DNA of 64,000 nucleotides from Mobula birostris (Eukaryota). Under the pieces are notes generated by a model that saw nothing but the letters and a program-made list of their open reading frames with translations, was not told where the DNA came from and made no database searches. Below, in pieces: positions 1-12,992 of the stretch. The stretch covers positions 40,339,248 through 40,403,247 of the forward strand of contig NC_092393.1 in assembly GCF_030028105.1 (NCBI RefSeq), in the 5' to 3' direction. Position 1 is the first letter of the stretch, and the number at the start of each line of letters is the position of its first letter. Both the position numbers and the translations under genes were made by a program.

Positions 1-195
1 AATGCAGAAGTCTAGGTGAACATTCCAGAGCTCTATCAGGGAAAAGCATCATCCTTGAGGAACCACCCTTCAAGCGAGACTTTCAAACGAGTTCCAGATT
101 TGTTCTGATCCCCAAAGAGCACCATTAAGGAAAATGTTAGTGTCTTGTCCAATCCTTGAGATCACTGAGAAGAAAAAAAAAATTATTGGTCACTA

Positions 196-721
196 CACCC
201 AGTGAACACTTTATTAGGTACAATATATCTGCTTGATAATGCAATTATCTAATCAGCCAGTGATGTGGCAGCAACTCATTGCATAAAAGCATGCAGACAT
301 GGTCAAGAGATTCAGTTGTTGCTCAGGCCAGACATTAGAATGGTGGAAGAAACGTGATTTTGACTGTGGAATGATGGTTGGTACCATACAGGTGGTTTGA
401 GTAGCTCAAAATTAGCTGATCTTCTCGGATTTTCATGCACAACGAGAGTTTACAGAGAATGATGCAAAAAAACAAAAATAAAAATCCAGTGAACGGCGGT
501 TCTGTGGGTGCAGTTGCCAAGAGAGGTCAGCAGAGAATGGCCAGACTAGCTCAAGCTCACAGGAAGATGTAGTTAACTTAAATGACCACGTGTTACAACA
601 GCGGTGTGCAGAAGAGCATCTCTGAATGTGTCACACATTGAACCTTGAAGTGGACGGCCTACAGCAGCAGAAGACCACAAATATACCCTCAATGGCCACT
701 TTATTAGGTATAGGTGGTACC
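196..721 (+). mobile_element. Non-autonomous Tc1-like DNA transposon (5' part of transposase)
   Basis: TA followed by terminal motif cacccagtgaacactttattaggtaca; degenerate Tc1 N-terminal HTH coding (DCGMMVG...GFSCTT...VYRE...GYSSRRP); homologous copies at 24310-24670 and 57900-58405. Confidence 0.8.
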
Positions 722-1221
722 AAGATAGATTGCAGCTAATAAATGAAGAACAAAGTCAGAGGATTGGAAAGATTTGGCTCTTTTGTGTTATTGAGTCATT
801 TAGATATTTGCTAAAAAGCTGCTGGAATAAGGAAGCTAACCCTACAAATTAAACAATCGCTGTAGAAAAAGGATTAAATTAAGTGGAGCAAAGATAGAAA
901 GATTACCAAATACATTTCTCTCGGCCAAATTTAATACTGAAGAGTGTGGCATTATGTTTTATAAGGAAGACTGAAATAAAAGAATGAAAACTTGGGAGCA
1001 CAGCTCTGAAAGGAGGTAAAAGATGTATTTCAAGGCGTATGTGAATGTTTGATTTAAGGTGTCATGCCAAGTTGACAAAGTGCATAAAAATGTATTTTGG
1101 ATCTGGGCAAGAGTACACAAGCTGGATACAAATGCTTGATTAATAATCAATTATTTTGTTAATTTGGTTTAAGCTGATTCTAGGTGTCTCATATCTGTGG
1201 TAATCATAAAATTCTAAAATA

Positions 1222-1470
1222 GCAGCACACTAGTGTAGTGGTTAGCATAATGCTTTACAGTGCCAGCGATTGAAAGATCAAGGTTCAATTCCTGCCACTA
1301 TCTCCCCATTCTCCCCATTACCGTGTGGGTTTCTTCCAGGTTCTCTGGTTCCTTCCACATTCCAAAAGACATACTGGTTAGGTTTTTGTAAGTTGTGGGC
1401 ATGCTATGTTGCCACTCAGAAGCTTGGTAACATTTGTGGGCTGCACAATATAATCCAACACATAATCCAT
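1222..1470 (+). mobile_element. tRNA-derived SINE (V-SINE/HE1-like)
   Basis: A-box-like tagtgtagtggttagc, B-box-like ggttcaattcc, V-domain-like gtgggtttcttccaggttctctggttccttccacattccaaaagac; similar to 51333-51600. Confidence 0.7.
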
Positions 1471-2169
1471 TTATTTTAGAAATAATTCAAAACCAAATAC
1501 ACACTGCCTGGCCCCTTACATATTCCCAACATTTTGTGCATCATTCTAGAGCGAATACAGGTTTCCAAATCAAGAAACTGGGTGGAGACCATAATCAAAT
1601 GAAAACGTGGCAAATACTTGGCAGATAAGGCAGCCTCTGAGGAGAGATTAAAGAAGTTTCATTTCAATGATCATCGGGTTCTGCTTCTTTCCGCAGATGC
1701 CCCACCAGCAGTTTTTATTTCCAACGTCTGCCCTATTTTTTGCTTTTGACTTAACAAAGTATTCCTGTATGGTGGAAGAACCCACTTTGCCAGGGCAACT
1801 ATCGTCTAAAATTTACAAACATCTACTATTTAGAGTTAATTCCACTAGGTGATAGGCATCTCCTCTCTTTTCAGTCGCGCGGTGGCGCTTGAAAGCTTAT
1901 TTTCAGTTTCACTTTTAACAACCACTGCAACTGTGCACTTTAATTTAAATATAAAATGTTTTTTTATTATGTTGCAATGAGCTATTCTGCTTGAGTTGCG
2001 GCGCCTGCAGCCCATCCAGCTGTTAAAACCTTAGAGGTAACAGCAGTATCTTTGTCGAAGGCGGAGCAGGTCTAGCCAGCCTAGATGTACATTGCTCCCA
2101 ATCCCGTTTTGTGGAATGGCTCTTGGAGTAAATGAGTCAGTGAAGAGGCGAGTGGAGGAACAGAGTGAT

Positions 2170-2720
2170 ACCTGCCCCCCCCCCCCGCAGGAATGCTACC
2201 CAGCTGAGGGATGCGCGTGCGCAGTGGCGGGACGGCGATCACGTCACTATTATCGCGTCTGAAGCGCGGCCCCGCCTCTCAGCTGCGCGCCTCCGCCGCC
2301 CCGCCCCCTCAGGCCCGAGGGCAGCGCAGACGCAGCGAGCAGCAGCCGGGGTTAGATGTTATCAGACGGCAGGTGAGTACCGGCTCCGTCTCCGTCTCTC
2401 CGCAGACCCTGCCCGTAGTGGGCTGCGTGACCAGCTGGGCTGTGCAGCCGGGGGAATGGGCTGTCAGGGCCGAGCCCGATTTGGGGGCATGTCACTCGGC
2501 TGAGGAGGTGGAGGAGAAGGGTTGTCCGAGGTCCCGGGGCCTTGCTGTGCCTTGGGGAAGCGATCTGCTGGGGTATTGACGGATAGATGAGCTCGAGGCA
2601 GAACGGGGCTCCTCGGATCTGGGGAAGCTCCCGTTAGAAAGCGACAGGCTGCTGTGTGCGAGTGGCAGTCGCTGTGTCGAGGCCCAGTAGCGTAGGCGGC
2701 GGTAGAGCTTGTGTGGAAAT
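2170..2720. promoter_or_regulatory. CpG island / promoter of FAM104A
   Basis: Sharp GC/CpG enrichment over AT-rich background; NRF1-type tgcgcgtgcgca (2212-2223), CRE-like cacgtca (~2240), GC boxes gccccgcc; overlaps first exon. Confidence 0.85.
2356..2372 (+). CDS. FAM104A: FAM104A/VCF1 coding exon 1 (MLSDG-R)
   Basis: ATG TTA TCA GAC GGC AG|GTGAGT consensus donor in CpG island; phase 2 matches acceptor at 12993. Confidence 0.8.
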
Positions 2721-3499
2721 ACATGTCTTCAGGCGTTTCACTGAAGGATCTGCGCTGGTCTATGACCAGAGCTCGCCTGCTGGGCCATGTGGGATTTTGG
2801 AGTGGGTTGGTCTGGAATAAGGGAATAGAGTCACCTTTCAGGCACAGTCTGATTGTTCAGGGTTTTGTTGTCCCAAATAAGGTGGCAGCTCTTGAATTTT
2901 GGTTTGATTAACCTGCATGGGTACAGTTACTTCGACTGTTTGCTTTGGGTTGGTAGAAGTGACTCTTCAGTTGAGCTTTTAAATCGTGTAATTTTTAAAT
3001 GAGCAGGTTCACAGCCACATTGCCAAGGATTTCCCCCTGCATTTACAGTATATTATCAGTAGTTCATTGTTTTTTTGTTGTTGGCTGAATAAACGACTTT
3101 ATCCGGTGGTTTCCCTTTAAATAAATGCAAAGTGATCGAATGTGCAAATTAGCTAAATTAAAGCCATGAAGAAGGAAAATCCTGTATCAACACTTTTTCA
3201 ACATTTTCATAGTTCATTGGCATATCCGTGATATCTTGGTGGTACATAATATTCAGTTTTCTTTTTAATCTTCTGAGTAATTTGTTACCTTGGTGCTTTG
3301 CAGTTTCTCCCATGCAGTAAGGGTTGAGTAATTTCCCACTGATGGTAAACTTGAGCAACTGTTAATCTTGGCAATGTGAACTGGTGTATTTGGTATTCTG
3401 ATGTTTAATCTGGATTGACAGCAGTTTGTACATACCAAGCTCCTGCATAACCGTTTTCTGGAAACCAGTTAAACTGTTCAGGTGCTGCTGAGTAGGGAT

Positions 3500-3720
3500 A
3501 AACGTTGGGCATAGCTTCCTTAGTTTTCAAAGTACTCCCATGGGATATTTAGCCACCTTTGAAAAAACAAGCTAAGTCTTGCTTTGACATCTCATCCAAA
3601 AAAGGCATCTCTAAAAGAGGCACAGCCCTGACACAGAACTTGAATGTAACCATATCTATTTGTGCTCAAGAGACTGCAATAGCATTTAACACTCAACCTT
3701 CTGTTCATTTTTACCAACTA
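3500..3720 (-). mobile_element. Old Deu-domain SINE remnant (SacSINE1-like); similar remnants ~7975-8180, ~19770-19940, ~25830-26080
   Basis: Degenerate match to recalled motif tttaacgtctcatccgaaagacggcacc...gtgctcaag...caaccttctg. Confidence 0.45.
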
Positions 3721-4314
3721 ACTTGAAACAACTGCTCTAAATTTAGCATGTGCGTTGAAATTTATAATGCCAAGATTATCTTTGTTTAACCACCTTAGCT
3801 TTTTTGCATTATGATTGGCATTAGGCTCAGTCAGAGCAAATATATTATCAGTTGGTGAGCTCCATTTTTACATTTTAAATACAAACTTGTCATACCTATC
3901 ACTAAACAGTTTTCCAACAAGATCTGCCTTTATATTTCTTAAGTTTGCTATATTATCTCGTAAGTATTGAGCACTGATGGTTGAGTAATTCTTCACTAGA
4001 AAGCCACTCTCTTCTCCCCCCCCCCCCCACCGGACTAAGTTACCAAACCACAAATATTTGGTGAATTGGTTTATTATTGTCTCATGTACTGGGATACAGT
4101 ACATAATGTCTTGCACACCATTCAAACATCAGTTCAATACAATAGTGCATTGAGGTTGTGCGATTTTTTGAAAAGTGCAAAATGGTAATTCTTAGTGACA
4201 TGAATCTAGATTTAGGAGTAGAATGATTATGTTAAAAGTAATGAATAAGTTTTCTGAGAGTATCTCGCAGAGGCACTGCTCTCTGCCAACTTGCTATTCC
4301 TTTATTTTGCTTCA

Positions 4315-4790
4315 AGAAGTTCAAAGTAAATTTATTGTCAGAGTACATATTTATCACCATATACAATCCTGAGATTTATTTTCTTGCAAGCATGCTCAAT
4401 AAATCCAATAACCATAATAGAATCAATGAAAGACAACCAATGTACAAAAAAGGATATTAATATTATTAAGGAAATAAGCAATAAATATCAACAACATGAG
4501 ATGAAGAGTTCTTGAAAGTAAATCTTTAGGTTGTGGGAACAGTTCAGTGATGGGGCAAGTGAAGCTAAGTGAAATAATCTCCTCTGGTTTCAGAGCCTGG
4601 TGGTTGAGGGATAATAACTGTTCCTGAACTTAGTGGTGTGAGCCCTGAGACTCCTGTACCTTCTTCCTGATGGCAGCAGTGAGAAGAGAGCATGACCCGG
4701 GTGGTGGGACTTCCTGATGTTGGATGCTGCTTTCCTGCGATAGCGCTCTGTGTGGATGTGGTCAGTGGTGGGGAGGGCTTTACCTGTGAT
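4315..4790 (-). mobile_element. Rex1/Babar-like LINE 3' fragment
   Basis: Reverse complement of tail gtactttgataataaatttactttgaact and body ctgctgccatcaggaagaaggtacagg; homologous to 34990-35555. Confidence 0.6.
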
Positions 4791-5869
4791 GGAGGTCTTG
4801 CAGTCCCTTGTTGCTTGTTAAGGAAACAAGTAAAGAGTCATGTTAAAAAGTATACATTTTCCTTAATGGCTGTACCAATTAAATTGTCACGTCGTGGCAG
4901 GAAAATGTGTTCTAATGTATTAAAAGTACTAAATCTCTGAATTAGTCCTCTTATTCGGTAGGATAAGTGGGTGGCATAGAGATAATGAACTCATTCTCGG
5001 AACTGGCTGCCTTTCAATCTGAAGTGAGAATCCAAAAGCAGTAGATGCTGAAAGTCTGAAATAAAAGAAAATGCTGGAACTATTCTGCAGGTCAGGCAGC
5101 ACATGCAAAGAGGGAGGACTAGCATTTCAAGTCCAAGACCCTTCATATTTTTGAAAGCTTTGCTATACAGCATAGGCCATTAAGCAAACATTGTGCCATG
5201 GTACATCTCAGATGATTCTCTAAAAGGCAATTTTGCTATAATGTACGAGTGTTATCATCTCCACACATCCAGGGTAAAATACATTGGCAGTCAAACCTCC
5301 ATTGTATAGCTTTAAGGGAACAATCAGCTTCTAAATGACTAGTGATGGGGTCTAATTGATCTGTGGCAGATGTAGAGCACAGTTCAACTTTGATGTTGTA
5401 CCAGACAGAAAAATGTGGGGCTGTCAGATGCAACTGGAAAGGTCACTGATCTAGAGATTATTGTAGGATAAGTTATTGAGTGGAAAATGCACATTCAGTG
5501 ATACATTTTGAGATGCATTTACGTCTATTGATGTGAGAATTTGTAAACATTGTGTGACCATACATCACAAGGCCTTCCCACTTTGTCTTCCTTACAGAAC
5601 TCATACCTTCTGTATTAAGCAACATATAAATAGACTCTTCAGCCCTTTGATCCTGTTGTCATCCAGTTATATTATGACCAATCTATATCTTTCTCCTAAT
5701 TGTAGAACTAGTTCCATAACCTTTCATTTATTTGTTTACCATGCAAAATAAGTATAAAATTTCCTTAATGGCTTTTGCCAATTAAATTGCCGTGTCATGG
5801 GGAGCCTCAACAGTATTTTTGTACAGTGGGCTTTGAGGTGGAGTGTAGAGGGCATCATCATTCATCAGA

Positions 5870-6250
5870 ATCAAGTTTATATCAGTGGCATATGCCATGA
5901 CATTTGTTGTTATGCGGCACCACTGCACTGCAATACATAATAAAAACTGAATTACAGGAAATATATATGTTACAGAAGTAGTGGAAAAAAAAAGTAGTGA
6001 GCAAGTGTTCATGGGTTCAATGTCCATTTAGAAATCTGATAGTAGAGGGGAAGAAGCTGCTGCTGAATTGTTGAGCATGTGCCTTCAGGCTCCTGTACCA
6101 CCTTCCTGATGGTAACAATGAGAAGGAATGCCTTGGGTGGTGGGAGGCCTTGATGATGGATGGTCTTTTTGAGGCATTTCTTCTTGAAGATGTCTTGGAT
6201 ACTACGGAGGTCCATGATGGAGCCAACTGAGATCATAATTTTCTGCATCT
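5870..6250 (-). mobile_element. Rex1/Babar-like LINE 3' fragment
   Basis: ORF 6017-6226 has ...FSLLPSGRWYRSLKAH...FSSSFFPSTIRFLN, a typical C-terminus; tail gataaacttgattctga. Confidence 0.65.
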
Positions 6251-8499
6251 TGCAAAATTTCGTTAATATTGCTGTGAAGAAAAGCTGCCTATCACCACCC
6301 TATGTGATCCAACTGTAGCTTTATCACTGCACATTTAATTTCATATATGCGAAAAATCCTGCTCAAGAGAATGTGATTTTGGGATCTGACAGTAAGACGC
6401 GATCATAGCTATTATTCAGTTTTGACAATAGGACAAAGAAGATAGTTAATAAAAACTGTAAAATAAAAATCATTGCCATGATCGAGCTTGTAATTTACCA
6501 TCCTTATTCAGCGATTTTACTTGGATATAGTGGTTTTGCTAGTATCTAATTCCAACACTGAAGACACCTCTGATTAAATTAGTGGTATAACAGTGTTGAA
6601 GTTGGATGTGATAAGAGCATTGCAAAAGTGCATGCTGAATTAGAGTTTGGGCTGCTGTGTTTCGTTAACACCATTTTCAAAATACAATATAGTCTCAGAA
6701 GTTCCATCAACTTACTGCGCTTGGAATGGGCAGAATTGATTGACTGCATTTGATGAAAACATTAATTGAGAGCATTATTCTAATTATATCAGAAAATTTA
6801 AGTGTAGATTCTAACTGCGCTTGGAAAAACAGAAGAAAATGGTCATTTTAAATATGTTAGCTAACCAGAGTCAACTTTACAAATGCTGTACTTTCCAGAT
6901 AGCTAAGCAACATACTCACTTGTTCCACTGAGAAAAATTGTTAAGTCATTAGATCAATTATGGTTAAAACATTCTGGAGATGCAAAATAACAGTAGACTG
7001 ACTTCCATTTTTTTTTGCCACTTAGGAATTTTCTAAAATGCTTTACAGAAGAAGTACAGCAGTTGTCTACCTAGGGGTCACTGTTTTTAAAAAAAAGATA
7101 TGACCTAATTTAGATAGATGCGGCGATGAGGTGACTTTTTGAACACTTCAGAGGGTAGTGGAAGTCAAGCCCTTGAATATTTTTGAGGCATGGTTAATAG
7201 GTTCTTGATTAGCAAGGCAAGAAGAGGGGGTGAAAAATCTCAAAGATTAGACAGGTTGAAATGACAAGCAAATGAGCTATGATATAAATTAGATAGCAAA
7301 GCAAGTTCAAAGAGCAGACTGTCTTGACTCCTAATTTGTATGCTCATAATAGATTGGATCCTGTTAGCTATGACCCATGCCTCATGTTTATCTTTTCAGG
7401 AAGTCTCTTGCATTTATTTTCTGTGCCAGCATGATCTTTAGCATCCTGCCAGCTTTGCTGTTGCTGAAGCTGCTTCTCGAGGCAGAGCACTGCAGGGGCA
7501 GCAGGCTGGAGGTGGTGGAAACACGGGCTCCAGCCATGGATCCAGCTGTCAAAATGCCTTTCCAAATGTCTCAAAAGATTGTAAGCATTTAAACAGTATA
7601 AATGAATATATTAAAACCACAATGAATTTAAAAAGAAAACTACTGATAATGAAAAGTCAGCAATTCCATTCGAGTGAATGTTGCGCTTCAGCTCTTCAAT
7701 TTACTGAACATTCCCGGACAAGATGGCAAGTCCAGCAACAGGCAGCTGCATCTCGGCTCCAGTGCATTCCATGTTTTTGTTTGGAGTGCAGAAGAATAAG
7801 TGACCATAATGTATTGTGTTCATTGCAACTTGCTGTTTTTTTTTCCCCCCACAAGGTCACTGGCTAGCGGTCAGCAAAATCTGATCTGCTGTACAAAATG
7901 TAACGTTGACTTTGCACACAGTGAAATTAATACATTTTGATGGTGGTGTCAGTGGCCGCAATACTGGTTAAAAACAATCTCTTCTGCATTTAATAGTGGA
8001 AGCTTATAAACACTAGATAGGTCTCAACTTTAACATCTGAAAGCAGCAGTGTAGCATTTTTTCACCTGCCAGGGTGCGAGTCAGAATTATGTGCTCAAAC
8101 CTCTAGAGAGTGAGAATACTACTGACTCTAGACATTTGAGTGATTGTGCTGATAAAGTCTAACCAGAGCTTAGTCAAATGGCTAGAGAAGGGCAACAGAA
8201 CAAATTCCTCCATATTAACTGAATGGCATCCAATTAAGGTATGTTTCACCAGAAAGTACATTATTGAGCCACACTGGATAAGGATTATAGATTTCACAAT
8301 GAATTAGATGAGTTTTCCTAAGAGGTCAATAACTTAATGACCACAGTGGCTGATGCTTTTATTTCAAATTGCGTAGTTAATTGAATAAATTCCCTAATTG
8401 CTGTCAAATGTTTCACCAACAGCAACCATATTGCCATCAATTTTTTAAATTGTAAAGTCTCATTGTAGCATTATAGCAAGTCAAAAATACTAATATATA

Positions 8500-9175
8500 C
8501 TAGTATGTAAGGGAAAAAGAGTAACTAGAGGGAGAAAAGAGCCCCTCAAATACCAAAAGAGACATCTTTGTGTGGAACCAAAGGGAGATGGGCAAGTCTT
8601 TAATGACTATTTCTCCTCTGTTTTTACTGTGGAGAAAGACAAGAACTTTGGAACTAGGGAGTTTAAGTGTGGAAGTCTCAGGATAAACTGTTTTACGATA
8701 AAGGAGGTGCTAGATGTTGTAAAAAGAAAGAAGGTAAACAAGTCTCCAGGTCCTGACCACGTATCTCCAAGAACTCTGGGAGCCTAGAGAAGAAATTACA
8801 GGAGCCCTGGCTTAAATATCTATAGCATTAGCCATGGGTGAGATGCTGGTAAACTGGAGGGTGCCTTTATTGAAGATCATCAGCAAAGAAAGGCTTGGGA
8901 AGTCTACAATTTGTGGTAGGTAAATTACTGGAGCGGATTTTGAGGATAAGGTGTGCATACATCTGGAAAGGCAGGTGTTAATTAGGAGTAGTCAGCATGA
9001 CTTTGTGCATAGATCTTGTGTTACAGACCTGATTGAGTTTTCTTCGTAATGTGACCGAGAAAGTTTGATGAGGATAGGATGGTCGATGTGTTTTTTTTAT
9101 GGACTTTGATAAGGTTCTGGAGGTTTAGATTGCATGGAATCCAGGGAAAGCTGCTAATTGGACACACAGTGAAAA
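8500..9175 (+). mobile_element. Degenerate CR1 LINE ORF2 fragment
   Basis: FNDYFSSVFT, KSPGPD, SQH motifs collinear with the CR1 at 46.4-48.5 kb; many stops. Confidence 0.75.
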
Positions 9176-9817
9176 TTGAGGCAAACAAGTCTCTCCCTCC
9201 CCACCCACCCCCATCCTAACCAATTTTATCAGGAATTGAGAGTGCATCACCATTTGTTATGGAAATTGCAAGGCATCTGACTCAAGACCCTGGAAAAGAT
9301 TGCGAGGTCTGCTAAGAGGATCGTTGGGGTCTCTCTTACACCCATCCGAGAGATTTATCAGGAGAGTTACATACGTAGGGACTTTAGCATTGTCAAGGAT
9401 CTGTCTCGTCCATCCCGCAGTCTCTTTGAAGCCCTACCATCAGGCAGAGGTACTTGATCTTCAGATATTTCTAGGTCATCCCTACTTAAAGCTTTACAAC
9501 TTTAATTATTTATTTTTTTTTTTTTACCTTTTTTAGCCTCAAAGTGAGTGACCTTTGCCTAAATTGAAGTTCATTTCAACAATTTTGCCTATTCATTTAA
9601 TATGTAAATATCTTTTTAATCCTTCCAACTACATAGCTCACAATGCTATTGTATCTTTGTCATTGATAAACTTTGATACATGCCTTTCTACACCATTATC
9701 AAAGTTATTTGCAAATGTGTTGAATTGTTGCTCCTACAATAACTTTTATTCTCCATATCTTTGTGGGATTTGTCTAGTAGCCATTTGGATACTGAAAATG
9801 AGTGACATTGAATGAGA

Positions 9818-12648
9818 GAAGTATAATGTATGAATTTTTTAAGAAATTGAATATTCCAAAATTATCATCTAATGAATGTTCAAAACTAGATGTACCTATT
9901 ACTGTACAGGAAATAAAGAATGCTATTTTTTCAATGAATTCAGGTAAAGCACCTGGTCCAGATGGATTTACAGTAGAATTTTTAAAATTTTTCTCAACTA
10001 CACTAACTCCTTGGCTATGTAGCTGTTTTTAGGGACGCAGTTTCAATAGGTAAATTACCACAATCTTTCTGTCGAGCTTCTATTTCCCTAATTCTTAAAA
10101 AAGTTAAGGATCCTACTGAATGTGCATCTTAAAGGCCTATATCTCTGCTGAATGTTGATTCTAAGATTTTTTCTAAAATATTGGCAACGAGATTGGAGAA
10201 TGTATTACCCCAAATTATTTCTGCTGATCAAACTGGATTTATTAAAAATCGTTACTCTTTTTTTAATATTAGGAGATTAATGAATATCGTTTATACGCCT
10301 TCACCCAAAATTCCAGAATGTGTCATTTCATTGGATGCTGAAAAAGCTTTTGATAGAGTTGAATGGGTATATTTATTTAATACCCTTGAGAAATTTAATT
10401 TTAGTCCGATATTCATTTCCTGGATTAAACTGATATATTTTACCCCTTTGGCCTCGGTATTTACTAACAACCAAAGATCCCCTTTCTTTCATTTATTCCG
10501 TGGTACTAGGCAGGGTTGCCCTCTTAGTCCATTACTATTTGATATTGCTTTGGAACCGCTAGCTATTGCCATTCGTGACTCCCCTAATATATTTGGTATT
10601 ACTCGTGGAAATGAGACTCGTAAATTATCACTATATGCAGATGATCTACTATTATATATTTCTAACCCAGGAAAATCTATTCTGGCAGTATTAACTCTGC
10701 TTGCTCAGTTTAGTAGCTTTTCTGGTTATAAACTGAACCTAAGTAAGAGTGAACTCTTTCCATTAAATATGCAGGTTCCTATTTATAGAAATTCTCCATT
10801 TAGATTGATTACTGATTATTTTACTTATTTGGGAGTTAAAATTACTAAGAGACATAAGGATCTATTCAATTTCAACCTTTTACCATTAATTAATCAGGTT
10901 AAACAACTGATTACTAAATGGTCCCCTTTGTCTCTATCATTGATTGGCCGTATTAATGCTTTTAAAATGATTATTTTACCCAAATTTTTATATTTATTTC
11001 AAGCGATACCGATTTTTATTCCTCAATCTTTTTTTGATATTATTGACTCTAAAATTTCTTCCTATATATGGCAAAATAGAAATCCCAGATTAAGTAAAAA
11101 ATACTTACAGAAATCTAAGAAAGAAAGTGGTTTGGCATTGCCTGTCATAAGATTTTACTACTGGGCAATTAATATCCGATACTTAATATTTTGGACACAA
11201 GATTGGAATATAACTCCAAGCCCACATTGGGTAAACCTTGAAGGCCATTCTGTACAAGGGTTTTCTCTAGCTTCCATTTTAGGAACTTCATTGCCTTTTG
11301 CACTATCTAAGTTGAATAAACAAATTTTCAACCCTATAGTTAAACATACATTGTGAATATGGTTTCAATTTCGTAAATTTTTTGGCCTGAATGAATTTAT
11401 GTTATCAAGTCCTATTATATCTAATTTTTTTTTCCCAACCTTCGGTAATGGACCAAGCCTTTTTGATATGGAAAACGAAAGGCATAATATGTTTTCGCGA
11501 TTTATTTTTGGATAACTGCTTTATGGCTTTTGAGCAGCTATCTGAGAAATTTGATTTGCCTAGATCCCATTTTTTAGATACTTACAAATAAGGAATTTTT
11601 TAAATATTATGTTGCCTACCTTTCTGACTTACAATCCTTCTGGCACTCTTGATAAAATTTTTGGCTTTAATCCTTTGCAAAAGGGATTAATAGCAATAAT
11701 TTATGATATAATTATGAAATTACAGCCAGATATATCTGACAAAATTAAAAATGAATGGGAAAGGGAACTTCAACTTTCCCTACCTACAGAGAAATGGGAT
11801 AAAATTTTTCAATTAGTTACTACTTCTATATGTGCTAAACATACTTTAATACAATTTAAAGTAGTACACAGAGATATGTCCAAAGATAAACTAGCTCGTT
11901 TTTATTCCCATATAAACCCTACTTGTGATAAATGTCACTCTGAAGTGGCTTCTTTAACTCATATGTTTTGGTCCTGTCCAATTTTGGAAAAATATTGGAA
12001 AGACATTTTTGATATTATTTCAACAGTTCTATGCTTTGATTTAAAACCCCATCCTATTACGGCAATCTTTGGATTGCCAGTGGTAGAACATAGATCTTTG
12101 TCTTCTTCAGCCTGTCGAATGATAGCTTTTGTTACTTTAATGGTGAGAAGATCTATTTTGTTGAACTGGAAGGAAACTAATCCTCCAACTACATTCCAAT
12201 GGTTTTCTCGAACCATATTAAGTTTAAGTTTAGAAAAAATTAGAAGTGATATTTTTGACCCTTTGGTTAAATTTGAAGAAACTTGGAAACCTCTTATGCA
12301 ACATTTTCATATGATGTAATCTGACCTTTCCGAATCTTTTTTCTAAACTTAAATTATATGATGAGAGGAGCGGAGTTAACGACATTATTGAACATGCCCG
12401 ATATAAGCTGTTGGTCTAGCCCTGTTTTGTTTTTTCTTTCTTTTCTTTTTTTCTTTTGGGGTTTTTTTTTGTTTTTTTTTCATTTTATTTCTTTTTTAAT
12501 GTTTAATCTCATAATGAGTTTGGAAGTCTTTTATATCTATGTTACTTAAAATTCATTTTATATATGTTGATGAATATTTTTCCAATCTCTTTGTACCAAC
12601 TTTGTTATTGAGTGTGTAATTTTGAAAAATTAATAAAAAGATTTAAAA
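9818..12648 (+). mobile_element. 5'-truncated L1-clade (fish L1/Tx1-like) LINE, ORF2 broken by frameshifts
   Basis: KAPGPDGF, LDAEKAFDRV, GTRQGCPLSPLLF, YADD, YLG motifs; C-terminal CDKC...HMFWSC knuckle; AATAAA 12632 and A-rich end; putative 8-bp TSD gaatgaga (9810-9817 / 12649-12656). Confidence 0.92.
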
Positions 12649-12992
12649 GAATGAGATGTGGCTATGTCCTAAGTCTTGTTGGTTGAATTCAAAGTAAGAT
12701 GGGGAGGTATAGAGGGAAGCAGTTGTTGTTATGTCATACTGCAATTCCCCTTACTGCTTCTCCAAAATAATCCGAGCAGATACCTGGCACAAGATTGAAT
12801 GACTAGGATCCGAGGGTTTCCTCGGATTGTGGTTTTGTGTGACACTGCACTGAATTTTCATACATAGATAACTTCTATTCAAAGTTCTGGATTAGTTGTC
12901 TATCATTCAAGTACCTCTCTGGAAGATTTTGCTCCTGGTATAACTTCCTCTTTTTTTCTCTCTCCACGCAATCTTGTCCTTCCATATTTCAG

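Noticed and set aside
1222-1300. tRNA-like heads (also 15454, 27650, 51333)
   Set aside because: A/B boxes continue into SINE bodies; no full cloverleaf.
2165-2724. Overlapping 86-122 aa ORFs in the CpG island
   Set aside because: Stop-poor GC-rich sequence spanning the exon 1 donor; no recognisable protein.
6714-6830. 13-bp direct repeat actgcgcttggaa ~100 bp apart
   Set aside because: Could be chance or an old TSD; no other supporting structure.
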